From Bacteroidota bacterium (lineage in GTDB: Bacteria; Bacteroidota; Bacteroidia; Chitinophagales; CAIODY01): a DNA stretch of 64,000 nt. Below are positions 19,211 through 28,912 of this stretch, one piece after another. The translations under genes and the position numbers were made by a program. The stretch covers positions 87,894 to 151,893 of the forward strand of contig JBJOOR010000007.1 of the NCBI GenBank assembly GCA_046051225.1, written 5' to 3'. Positions within the stretch are counted from its first letter, which is position 1. Every line of letters begins with the position of its first letter. The notes below the pieces were generated by a model. It was not told where the DNA came from. It was given only the letters and a program-made list of their open reading frames with translations, and made no database searches.

Positions 19211-19807
19211 ATGAAAATTTTATTCATTTGCTTACTTGTATCAATAAATAATATTTGTTGTTTTGCAAATACACATTCTAAAAGCAAGAATGAATTTACA
19301 AAAAGAATAGCTAAAAGTGTTGATACATTTATGATTGATGGATATTCCCCTTACTTATTGGTAAATGTATATGATTTTGAAAAGAAAGTTTCAACAGGAA
19401 CTATAATAGTTAATGGATCAAAAGTTTTCATATTTATTATGAAAAATTATTTCGATTCTATTGGAGTAAAATTTACAACAAGAAAATTTCGAAAAACATT
19501 CAAGAAAATCATTAACAATGACATGGCGTTGAATGTACACTCTTGGCAAATAAGAGATTTGTGTTTGTATGCCAGAGCAGGTTCATTAAATGATTTACCG
19601 TTGAATTGTGGGAATATTTCTGATTCATTTTATTGTCAGTTAAAACAATCAAGCACTGCTGAAATTAGGAAGAAATATTTTAATCAAAATAAAAGGTATA
19701 CTGGAAAGCTTAGGAACGAGGATTTTAACGCCCTTGTCAAATTCTTTTTTGATAATTTTATTTTGATTAATTATTTTGAAGAACTTGGATATGACGAATT
19801 GGAATGA
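19211..19807 (+). CDS. Orphan exported protein (cargo)
   Basis: 198-aa ORF with signal-like N-terminus MKILFICLLVS. Confidence 0.65.
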   Translation: MKILFICLLVSINNICCFANTHSKSKNEFTKRIAKSVDTFMIDGYSPYLLVNVYDFEKKVSTGTIIVNGSKVFIFIMKNYFDSIGVKFTTRKFRKTFKKIINNDMALNVHSWQIRDLCLYARAGSLNDLPLNCGNISDSFYCQLKQSSTAEIRKKYFNQNKRYTGKLRNEDFNALVKFFFDNFILINYFEELGYDELE

Positions 19808-19966
19808 TTTGTGTATTGACGAGAATACATGATATGAGTAGAAGCTCAGCTGAATCTGTCGTTTCATAGCTAAAACATTACAGAAGGAATTGAATTTCGA
19901 TGATTTGAGCTTTGAAATTAGATACTAAAATTTATTTGCTTTTTATCAAAGAATGTTTTTGTAAGA

Positions 19967-20305
19967 ATAACTCCAAAACCAATTGTTTCAAAACTTTTTT
20001 CGATTGAAATAGGTTCTAAACTAATTAATTCAAACTTTAAACTTGTTGAAAAAAGTTTGAAACTTTAAGAAATAACTTTTAAATCAATTATTCTGAAATC
20101 AAAACTAATAAGTTTTAAAATAAAACTTATTGGTTTAAGAGTTATTTCTAATGAAATTAAGTTTAAAGCTTAAAGAAAAACTTTTAAAATAATAAAAATA
20201 AAAGTTGTAGCTATTGTTCCAAAACTTTTTTCAATAGAAACAAAACTTAAACCTATTGAAACAGCTTTGAAAATTATAGTTTTACTAGCAGTGGCTTTTG
20301 TTTAA
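19967..20305. repeat. Degenerate 21-bp-period tandem repeat tract
   Basis: Near-identical 28-mers at 19982 and 20213 (231 = 11x21 bp apart); heptad pattern in translation with internal stops. Confidence 0.55.
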
Positions 20306-20385
20306 CTCTTAAATTCAAATCCCATAAGCATGCAAATTATAGATTCAGAATGGTGATCAACAATCACAGGTTCACTGCTACGGGG

Positions 20386-21117
20386 TTAATTTTTTAAATA
20401 AAATTCATAATTCAGAGTATCGCACTTCTCGAAATTATATTTGGTTGAGGATAATTTCCCAATTAGAGTTAAAATATTTAATCCACGTTTTTTTGTATTT
20501 AATAGTGTTGAATGCATATTTCTACAACCAAGGTCTTTGTAAGTAAATGAATACAAGTAGTCATCATTCAAATAAGCATCAAAATCAACTGAAAACCCAA
20601 ATGGATTAGCAAATGCAATTGAAAAGGGTTTAGGCAAATCTTTTCTTTCTATTGTGTTAGAATCAAATTCTGTAATCAAATAAAAAAACTTACCGAAGCA
20701 AGATATAGACCCATTTTTGTTGTCAATGTCAAAAATAACATGCCCGTGTTTATCCTTAAAATTATACTTTTTTAAAAAACCAATACTATCAAAACTATAG
20801 TAACTGTCAATTGGTAAATCATTGTTTATAGTATTAACTGCTTCTAATTTACCATTTAAATTAAAAAAGAAAATATAGCCATTATCTTTTCCAAGATCAT
20901 TACGAGATACAATATATTCAATTGAGCTGTCATTATGATAGGCAATATGTTTTTTGCATTTTAATAAGCTACTATCTCCAAATTTTTCTATCTCCCACTT
21001 GCACAAACTATTTTCCATCGAATCATATATCTTATTACACGAACTATTTTCGTTACCATGCTTTAGCTTACATGATGCGACAATAATTAAAGGTATAAAT
21101 AAAATTAAATAACGCAT
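20386..21117 (-). CDS. Orphan lipoprotein with MORN/YwqK-like segment (cargo)
   Basis: MRYLILFIPLIIVASC lipobox; NGYIFFFNLNGKLE..SYYSFDSIG repeat-like segment. Confidence 0.65.
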   Translation of the reverse strand: MRYLILFIPLIIVASCKLKHGNENSSCNKIYDSMENSLCKWEIEKFGDSSLLKCKKHIAYHNDSSIEYIVSRNDLGKDNGYIFFFNLNGKLEAVNTINNDLPIDSYYSFDSIGFLKKYNFKDKHGHVIFDIDNKNGSISCFGKFFYLITEFDSNTIERKDLPKPFSIAFANPFGFSVDFDAYLNDDYLYSFTYKDLGCRNMHSTLLNTKKRGLNILTLIGKLSSTKYNFEKCDTLNYEFYLKN

Positions 21118-21316
21118 ATTAGTATTGAAATTTTGTCGGTTCACTAAATCCACATTTTCTATATTAGTATTACAGCAAATTATTGATGAAATTAGTATTA
21201 AGGTTAGTACTAAAATTCATTTTTTATACTCAATGCCTGTCTTTATTATGATCAATAATTCCCTTAAACCCTCCTGATTTGTGTGTATGCTTTCCACCAC
21301 CACTTGTCTTATGATT

Positions 21317-21373
21317 CCCCGACAAGCATAGTCTCCGACTACGCTTTAGCTGAAAGCAATCTCTGATTGCGAA
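21317..21373 (-). repeat. REP copy 4 (inverted)
   Basis: CCCCGACAAGCATAGTCTCCGACTACGCTTTAGCTGAAAGCAATCTCTGATTGCGAA, 1 bp from the helicase stop codon. Confidence 0.9.
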
Positions 21374-21374
21374 C

Positions 21375-24300
21375 TTATCCTATCACCACCACTTCATCCG
21401 TTTTTTCTGGTGCACGGTTCACTCTATTTGTTTTCACAAAATTACACCATTGGCATTTTTCATCATTACAACCTTGTGCAAATTCATGGTTCATTATTTT
21501 GGTGTACGAATCTTTTATTTGCGTTCTAACAATTTTCACATCATCAGGGGTAATAATAACTTTATGCCTTACAAAGGCTTTTGTTTCTTCATTTTTTTCA
21601 ATAAAATCAAATATCCCTTCTACCATTTTCCAGGTATTGAATGGATAATTATCAATCAATAATTTATAAAAAATCATTTGTCGCCAATAGTCGCCGCCAT
21701 TAGGTTGTTTATCAGTAGGTGGCGTTAAACTATCTTTAATGCTGTGTTTGGCATTGCCCGTTTTATAATCAATCACGGTGCAATTGTTTCCATCAAATTC
21801 TATTTTATCAATTTTTCCTTTTAGTGGCACACCATCAATTTCAATATTCGGAATCATTTTTTCAATGCTCACCATTTTATTAAATGTGTTGATGTAATGA
21901 TTATAATATTCGGTTAATGATTTTCTGCCCAATTCCATTCTTCTTGGAAATTGTTTTTCGGTAAAAGCTTCTTCTTGCTTATGCATACTTTTTTCAAAAT
22001 TCTTAATCACTTGTTCTAAAGGCGCAAACTCTTTTTTATCATTTATTTGCATATCCTTAAACAACATTTCTAAAGCATAATGCACCGCATTACCAAATGC
22101 CAAACTATCATTGGGTGCCGATGGCACTTGCAAAATTGTTTCATAATAAAATGCCACAGGGCAACGCAAATATTTATTTAAAGCCGATGCACTTAACGAG
22201 AAATTTTTTAATCGTTGTTCTAAAAATTCTTTCTTCAATACTTCAATATTTACGGGTGGGTTGGCTTCAAACGACCATCTAATTTGTTCCATCACCGTAG
22301 CTTCATCTACACTTGTTTTTTCGAACACACATTTATCCATTATTTCAGCAATAAATAAAGTTGCTGTTTTCCCTTTTTCTTTTGCATCCTTTACTGGATA
22401 AGAAATTTGCAAATATTTTTTAGCCCGTGTTATTGCCACATAAAATAATCTTCGGCTCGATTCTTCTGCATTTGTTTCATCATCGCCCACTAATGATTCA
22501 GGCATTTTGTAATGACCATTTTGCCCACGTTTTTTCTCCCAAAAATCGTTGGTACAACCCATCAAAAAAACATACTCAAACTCTAATCCTTTTGACGAAT
22601 GTGCTGTTATAAAATTCACACCGTTTTCTTGCGCTACTATTTTATTGATAGGCAGTTCAATGCTTTCGCCATGCATTTCATCCAGCATTGTCAAAAATTC
22701 TTTCACATGCATTCGTGGTTTTTTAGCACATTCTTCTTTAATAAAATCGAAAAAAGAATTGAGCACTTGCATATCCCAAATTCGTGTTGGCGAATTCAAA
22801 ATATATTCAACAATACCACTATCGTAAATAATATTTTCGAACAACATGGGCAAAGTAAGTTGTTGCATTTCGGTTAACCATTTATTCAAACTATTGCCCA
22901 ATTGAATTATTTTATTTTGCGATGAAAGATTCAAAGTGCTTATTTCTAAAGCATTATCTAATACCAAGCGCCATTGTTTTTTTTCTGTTTTTGGTTTTTG
23001 CGCTACATGAAAACTAAGCAATGCAATATCAACAGGATTGATTTGCAAAGCAGGATAATGCATCAAATGAAATAAAATTTCTTCGCCGCTAAATGCTTTG
23101 CTGGTTTCCTTTTGCAGATATTCTAACACATTTACAAAATAATTTACCAACGGAATTTTTAATAAATCTTCTCGTTTTTTTACGTTGTATGGAATGCGTT
23201 TTTTTTCTAATAATTTAATGATGTTGGCTGCTTGTTTATGTTGCGAATACAACACTGCCACTTCCGATAAATTTTTTCCTTCGTTGTGCAATTTTTCTAA
23301 TTGCATTACAATATCAGCCTCTTCATGAAAACTATTGTAATATTCTACAATCTTTGGTGCTGGCGATTCTTCGGCTATTATTTTAGGATGAGATGCTACC
23401 AAATTTTTGTCCAACACTAATCCTTCTTTTTTTATAAGATGAATTAATCGTTGTTTATTTTTATCAATAGTTGCTTTGGATGCATCTAATATTTTTTGTG
23501 TGCTGCGGTAATTATTGGTAAGTACAATGGCTTGAATATTATCTTCAAAACCTTCATAAAAACTTACAATATTATCTAATCGTGCACCTTGAAATTCGTA
23601 GATGCTTTGGTCGTCATCGCCTACAATAAATACGTTTGCATCTTGCCCCCAATAACTAATTAGCAATTCTAAAATTTCTTTCTGTGAGCCGCTTGTATCC
23701 TGAAATTCATCTACTAACACATACTGAAATCGTTCTTGATATTCCAACAACAACAATTCATTTTCTTTAAATGCTTTTATCACCCACAATATCATATCAT
23801 CGTAATCATATCTTGCTCGGGCAACCATTTTAGCATCAAACTTTTCAAACAATGCAGCCGCATCTTTTAGCAAATTTAATTTATCAACTTCTACCTGAAT
23901 TTTATCCGTTCTTACATCACCTTTTTTAAATTCGCCAGTAGCACGTTTGCAAATGTATTCATCCTTCAAAGGCAATTCGGCAATGTGTTTGTCAATGGCT
24001 TCTATAATTTTTTCAGCTGTCCAATCTTCTTTTTTCATCATCGAAAAAAGATTTTTTAATCGTTTAGCTTCATAATAAATATCACCTTTTAATTTGCGTA
24101 AGCTATGTCCTTCGGGCAATTCATCTAATAATTGATGATAAATTTCAGCCGTTTCTAAATCGCTTACAGGTTCGCTTTCTCGTTTCAAAAAAAACTGTGG
24201 ATGATTTTGAATCACATCATTACAAAACGCATGAAAAGTATGAATATTCACTTTGTGTGCCACAGGCCCAATGAAATCCATCAAGCGTTTACGCATGGCA

Positions 24301-24548
24301 ATTGCGCCTGCATCGGTATAAGTCAAACACAAAATATTATGCGGTTTTGCATCCACACCGCTTGCTAAAATATTGGCAATTCGAGCAGCAATAATTTGTG
24401 TTTTACCAGTGCCGGGCCCAGCTACAACCAGCACTGGACCTTCGATGGTATCAACGGCTAATTTTTGTTCTGTATTTAATTGTTGATACGATTGTTGAAA
24501 TTTATTATCGTATTCGGATTTTATTTTTTTTATATCAGATGAGTTCAT
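21375..24548 (-). CDS. UvrD/PcrA-family helicase with C-terminal PD-(D/E)XK nuclease
   Basis: AGPGTGKT, VDEFQD, NNYRS, HSSKGLEF, RLFYVAITRA; GKIDKI..IDYKTG; Cys RCP...C..CQWC. Confidence 0.92.
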   Translation of the reverse strand: MNSSDIKKIKSEYDNKFQQSYQQLNTEQKLAVDTIEGPVLVVAGPGTGKTQIIAARIANILASGVDAKPHNILCLTYTDAGAIAMRKRLMDFIGPVAHKVNIHTFHAFCNDVIQNHPQFFLKRESEPVSDLETAEIYHQLLDELPEGHSLRKLKGDIYYEAKRLKNLFSMMKKEDWTAEKIIEAIDKHIAELPLKDEYICKRATGEFKKGDVRTDKIQVEVDKLNLLKDAAALFEKFDAKMVARARYDYDDMILWVIKAFKENELLLLEYQERFQYVLVDEFQDTSGSQKEILELLISYWGQDANVFIVGDDDQSIYEFQGARLDNIVSFYEGFEDNIQAIVLTNNYRSTQKILDASKATIDKNKQRLIHLIKKEGLVLDKNLVASHPKIIAEESPAPKIVEYYNSFHEEADIVMQLEKLHNEGKNLSEVAVLYSQHKQAANIIKLLEKKRIPYNVKKREDLLKIPLVNYFVNVLEYLQKETSKAFSGEEILFHLMHYPALQINPVDIALLSFHVAQKPKTEKKQWRLVLDNALEISTLNLSSQNKIIQLGNSLNKWLTEMQQLTLPMLFENIIYDSGIVEYILNSPTRIWDMQVLNSFFDFIKEECAKKPRMHVKEFLTMLDEMHGESIELPINKIVAQENGVNFITAHSSKGLEFEYVFLMGCTNDFWEKKRGQNGHYKMPESLVGDDETNAEESSRRLFYVAITRAKKYLQISYPVKDAKEKGKTATLFIAEIMDKCVFEKTSVDEATVMEQIRWSFEANPPVNIEVLKKEFLEQRLKNFSLSASALNKYLRCPVAFYYETILQVPSAPNDSLAFGNAVHYALEMLFKDMQINDKKEFAPLEQVIKNFEKSMHKQEEAFTEKQFPRRMELGRKSLTEYYNHYINTFNKMVSIEKMIPNIEIDGVPLKGKIDKIEFDGNNCTVIDYKTGNAKHSIKDSLTPPTDKQPNGGDYWRQMIFYKLLIDNYPFNTWKMVEGIFDFIEKNEETKAFVRHKVIITPDDVKIVRTQIKDSYTKIMNHEFAQGCNDEKCQWCNFVKTNRVNRAPEKTDEVVVIG

Positions 24549-24728
24549 GGATTTTTTATAGAGGGATTAAATTTTACGCCAGAAAGTAAAAATACAAATG
24601 TGTAATGTATTTATGTAACGAACAAATAAAAATAAAGGGCTGCTCCATAAGATGCTTGCTATAGATACCACAACTATTTTATTATTCATCACTTTTTAAC
24701 TAAAATTAATTTAGCATATCTTCAACCA

Positions 24729-27700
24729 ATGAAAAAAATAATTACAGCCGTAATGCTTATTTTTTGGGCATTTACACTAACTGCTCAACCGCAACGATTG
24801 AAAGAATTTTCCAACGATTCTACCATTCCACAATGGGTGAAAATGATGTATGCACAAAAGCCCAATATTGGCGATGTAGTTGCATCTCACGATGCTTATT
24901 ACAAAACGCATCCGTTCAAAAAAACGGGTTATACGCAATACTACAAACATTTTTTGCAACGCATTTCTCGTGATTACAACGGTACAGTTTTCGGTGAACC
25001 GATGACAGACGAAATGAAAAAAAATCAAGAAGATTATTTGCAGAAAATAAAACAAAATAAAATTGGGGTGAGTTCAAAAAGTAAATCAGCCACATCCAAT
25101 TGGCGTTGTTTAGGTCCATTTGATTTTGATAAAGAAAGTGCCAGTGCCAGCTACGCAGCAGGCGCAGCGCATGTTTACACGGTTGAGCAATCGATGAGCA
25201 ACACCAATATTTTATATGCAGGAACTGCCAATGCAGGGCTTTGGAAAACAACAGATAAAGGCGCACATTGGACAGGCTGCACCATCAACGATATGATTGC
25301 CGAAGTGTATGCTTTAGAAATTGATTTCAGCAATAGCAACACAGTTTATTTCAGCGATGGACAAAAAATTTATAAAACAACTAATGGAGGACAAACTTTC
25401 AATGCCACAGGCAGCACAGCTTTTCAGAATGCAGCACATTATACTCGTGATTTAAAAATGAATCCGCAAAACAATCAAGTGCTGTTAGCTGCTTGCGATA
25501 ATGGTTTGTTCAGAACTGATGATGCAGGGCAAAATTGGAATTTAATTCAAAGCGGTGCATGGCAAGAATTGGAAGTGAAAACTAACGACACTTTAATTTG
25601 GTACGCAGTGTTGCAAACTGGCTCTGTTACACAGTTTTACAAATCAACAGATGGTGGCAGAACTTTTTCAATCAGAACAAATGGTTGGCCTTTACCAACT
25701 GGAAGTGATGAAAATAAAAGAGCAGAAATTGCTGTAACGCCTGCAGCGCCTAATATTGTGTATGCTTATGCAACTGGTGCTGCAAATGGAGGAAGTGGTT
25801 TGTATGGTATTTATGTCAGTCATGATGCAGGTGAATCATGGACTTTTAAATGCTGCGGAGGCAGCCCTGGCGGCGTTCCTAACGCTTCAACCAATATCAA
25901 TATTTGCGCTTGGGCAAAAGATGGCAGTGATGATGGCGGACAATATTATTATGATTTAGCATTAGCAGTTTCGCCGATTGATAGCAATGAAGTGCATTGC
26001 GGCGCAGTGAATCATTGGGGGAGTAAAGATGGCGGCAACACTTTTACTTGTCCATCTAATTGGAGTGAATCGCATAATGTAAATTATGTGCATGCCGATA
26101 ATCATGATTTTAATTTTTATGGAAATGATTTTTGGATGGCATGCGATGGTGGAATTTTTTATTCAAAAACTTTTGGCGACACGATTGACAGAAGAATGTA
26201 TGGCATTGCAGGCTCCGACTTTTGGGGCTTTGGAATGGGCTACTGGAACGGCTCGGATGTGTTTGTTGGCGGTGCTTATCACAATGGAACTTTGATTAAA
26301 GACAATAATGTTTACAACAATGGTTGGGTGAGTGCAATGGGTGGCGACAATATTTTAGGCAATGTAAATTATGGCAATGAGCGACAAATATTTTGTGATT
26401 ATGGGAAATTCAAATTGAGTGGAAACCGCAGCATTGGCTACTTTCAATTGCCTAACGGAATGCAACCTTCTTCATCGTATGTGGTGGGTGAAGATGCTGA
26501 AATGGAATACGACCCAGCTTGTTACAACACAATTTTTATGGGCAATGATAGCAGTATTTGGAAATCGAATGATGGTGGCGCAAACTTTACAGCATTACAT
26601 AAATTTACTGATGGCACAGTTGCTTCCATCGAAATTGCATCGGATAGAAAAACAATTTATGCTTGCACTTTTTCAAGTTGGTGGAGCAACAAACATCTCT
26701 ACAAATCAATAGATACGGGCATTACATGGGTGAACATCACACCATCCAACGCTTTACTCAACAATACTTTTTATGCGCCATTTGATATTGCTGTTGGCGA
26801 TAGTGCTAATCAAGTTTGGATTGCACGAACGATTATGAGTTCGACTTATCCGAACTTAAATGGTTACAAAGTTTATAAATCGAATGATGGCGGAAACACT
26901 TGGACGAACTACACCACACCAACTTTGAATGGTGAATATCCAACCAATATTATTTATCAAAAAGGTAGTAATGGTGGTGTTTATTTGGGCACACGAAGAG
27001 CAGTTTATTATCGTAATAACACGATGAATGATTGGCAATTGTTTAATGATAGTTTGCCTGCTGTAACTTTTTCAACGCAATTAATTATCAATTACAAAAA
27101 TCAAAAAGTGTATGAAGGAACGAACAGAAGTGTGTATGGTTGCGACTTGTACGAAAGTGGCTTTGTGCCCGTTGCTCAAATTTCTGTTGATAAACAAACA
27201 TCCGAATGTCTTCGTGATACATTTTATTTTGTTGACCATTCTTCATTAAGCAATCAAAATCCAACTTGGAATTGGAGCTTTCCAGGCGGCACTCCATCGT
27301 CATCAAATTTGCGTTCGCCGAAAGTTGTTTATCACAATCCAGGCAAATACAATGTGAATTTAACAGTGAGTGATGTGAATGGAACGAATGCACAAACCAT
27401 CAATAATTTTATCAGCATCAGCGATAATTGTTCGGTAGATAGTATTCCGGGTAATGCCTTACAACTCAATGGTAATGATGCTTCGGCGGCTATCGAGCCA
27501 TTTAATTTTTCAACCAACACTTTAACTTTAACAGCTTGGGTGAAACCAAATGCAACGCAACATGATTATGAAGGATTGGTTTTTATGAGAGGAAAAAACA
27601 CGGCAGATGGATTGAGTTTGATGCACGATTTAGAATTGCGTTATCATTGGCAAAACAATAATTGGTGGTGGAGCAGTGGATTATATTTAACCGCCAATCA

Positions 27701-28793
27701 ATGGAATCATATTGCATTGGTGATTACACCAACAGCCGCAACGCTTTATCTGAACGGCATTGCAGCTACTAATACCACTTCACATCCAATGGAAGCTTTG
27801 AATGATGCATTCATGTTAGGCGTTGATGGCAGCAATGGAACAAACAGAAATTTTAATGGCTTGATGGATGAAGTTTGTATTTATAATCGTTCGCTTTCGC
27901 AAAATGAAATTCGTGAACAAATGCATTTAACAAAACCTGCCAACACCAATGGTTTGATTGCGTATTATCAATTCAACGAACCAAGTGGTTTGATTTTAGA
28001 TAAGGTTGGAATCAATCATGCTTCGCCTGCTACTTCGGCTGTGAGAATATCTTCCACAGCACCTTTGGGCGGTGGCAACAGTAGTAGATTAAATATCACT
28101 TCATCAGGAAATATTTTGTTTGGCAATACAGGTTGTTCAATTAATTTTTCAAATTCTAATCCGAATGGCGAAGTGGTTGTGAGCAGAATTAATTTACATC
28201 CTGACCAATTACCTAATAGCAGCAATGCTTCCCGTTGTTATTGGATAATTGATAATTATGGCAGCAACAATTCTTTTGCAAATTTGAATGGAATGGATTT
28301 GAATAAAGTGGGTAGAATAAATGCGAACGATGCAGCACATCCTAATCAGTTTAATTTGTTCAGTAGAAATTGGAATGCAGATGGAAATACTTGGAGCAAT
28401 ACTATTGATTCTGCAACTTCGGCAATTGCTTCAACAGATGGAAGTTTGAGTTTTGCGAATGTTGTTCCTGTTTCACAATCTTCACAAATTGTTGTTACAA
28501 GCCGCAGCGGTGGCTCATTTGTTGGTGAAAATAATTTAACAACATCTTCTACTTCATTTATAAAATTATATCCATCACCTGTGATGAGCGGCGGAAATAT
28601 TTATTTAGAAAATGAAAACAAAAATGAAAAATCTGAATGCACTATTTATAATGTCGATGGAAAAAAACTACAACACTTTATTTTTGAAGGCGTTGGAATG
28701 ATTAACACATCAGGCTTTGCGGCTGGTGATTATTTTTATCAAATCAAAACCGAAACAAAAATTCAGAATGGAATTTTTGTGGTGGTGAAATAG
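24729..28793 (+). CDS. T9SS-secreted BNR/VPS10 beta-propeller protein with PKD and LamG domains
   Basis: Repeated (S/T)xDGGxxW/F Asp-boxes, WSFPGG PKD, LamG (WNHIAL, DEVCIYNRSL), LYPSP...G.YF C-terminal domain. Confidence 0.85.
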   Translation: MKKIITAVMLIFWAFTLTAQPQRLKEFSNDSTIPQWVKMMYAQKPNIGDVVASHDAYYKTHPFKKTGYTQYYKHFLQRISRDYNGTVFGEPMTDEMKKNQEDYLQKIKQNKIGVSSKSKSATSNWRCLGPFDFDKESASASYAAGAAHVYTVEQSMSNTNILYAGTANAGLWKTTDKGAHWTGCTINDMIAEVYALEIDFSNSNTVYFSDGQKIYKTTNGGQTFNATGSTAFQNAAHYTRDLKMNPQNNQVLLAACDNGLFRTDDAGQNWNLIQSGAWQELEVKTNDTLIWYAVLQTGSVTQFYKSTDGGRTFSIRTNGWPLPTGSDENKRAEIAVTPAAPNIVYAYATGAANGGSGLYGIYVSHDAGESWTFKCCGGSPGGVPNASTNINICAWAKDGSDDGGQYYYDLALAVSPIDSNEVHCGAVNHWGSKDGGNTFTCPSNWSESHNVNYVHADNHDFNFYGNDFWMACDGGIFYSKTFGDTIDRRMYGIAGSDFWGFGMGYWNGSDVFVGGAYHNGTLIKDNNVYNNGWVSAMGGDNILGNVNYGNERQIFCDYGKFKLSGNRSIGYFQLPNGMQPSSSYVVGEDAEMEYDPACYNTIFMGNDSSIWKSNDGGANFTALHKFTDGTVASIEIASDRKTIYACTFSSWWSNKHLYKSIDTGITWVNITPSNALLNNTFYAPFDIAVGDSANQVWIARTIMSSTYPNLNGYKVYKSNDGGNTWTNYTTPTLNGEYPTNIIYQKGSNGGVYLGTRRAVYYRNNTMNDWQLFNDSLPAVTFSTQLIINYKNQKVYEGTNRSVYGCDLYESGFVPVAQISVDKQTSECLRDTFYFVDHSSLSNQNPTWNWSFPGGTPSSSNLRSPKVVYHNPGKYNVNLTVSDVNGTNAQTINNFISISDNCSVDSIPGNALQLNGNDASAAIEPFNFSTNTLTLTAWVKPNATQHDYEGLVFMRGKNTADGLSLMHDLELRYHWQNNNWWWSSGLYLTANQWNHIALVITPTAATLYLNGIAATNTTSHPMEALNDAFMLGVDGSNGTNRNFNGLMDEVCIYNRSLSQNEIREQMHLTKPANTNGLIAYYQFNEPSGLILDKVGINHASPATSAVRISSTAPLGGGNSSRLNITSSGNILFGNTGCSINFSNSNPNGEVVVSRINLHPDQLPNSSNASRCYWIIDNYGSNNSFANLNGMDLNKVGRINANDAAHPNQFNLFSRNWNADGNTWSNTIDSATSAIASTDGSLSFANVVPVSQSSQIVVTSRSGGSFVGENNLTTSSTSFIKLYPSPVMSGGNIYLENENKNEKSECTIYNVDGKKLQHFIFEGVGMINTSGFAAGDYFYQIKTETKIQNGIFVVVK

Positions 28794-28912
28794 ATAGGCA
28801 TTCGATTATTTATATTTTTTGAAAATAAATTTAAACAATTTCATTTTCAAAAAATAACACTTTAGTAATCTGAATGAATTATTTTTACGCTTTCAGAAAT
28901 TAAAATATCAAA

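Larger units (their letters stand above)
17792..21373. mobile_element. RAYT/REP islet (REPtron-like) with REP-bounded cargo genes
   Basis: Four REP copies in two inverted pairs flanking a Y1 HUH transposase and AT-rich orphan ORFs. Confidence 0.8.

Noticed and set aside
19008-19214. 68-aa ORF
   Set aside because: Runs through REP3 and the promoter units; only the 3' tail may derive from a real gene
17792-21373. CRISPR array or classical integron
   Set aside because: Repeats alternate in orientation with kb-scale spacing; no cas genes or tyrosine-recombinase integrase; the enzyme is a Y1 HUH protein
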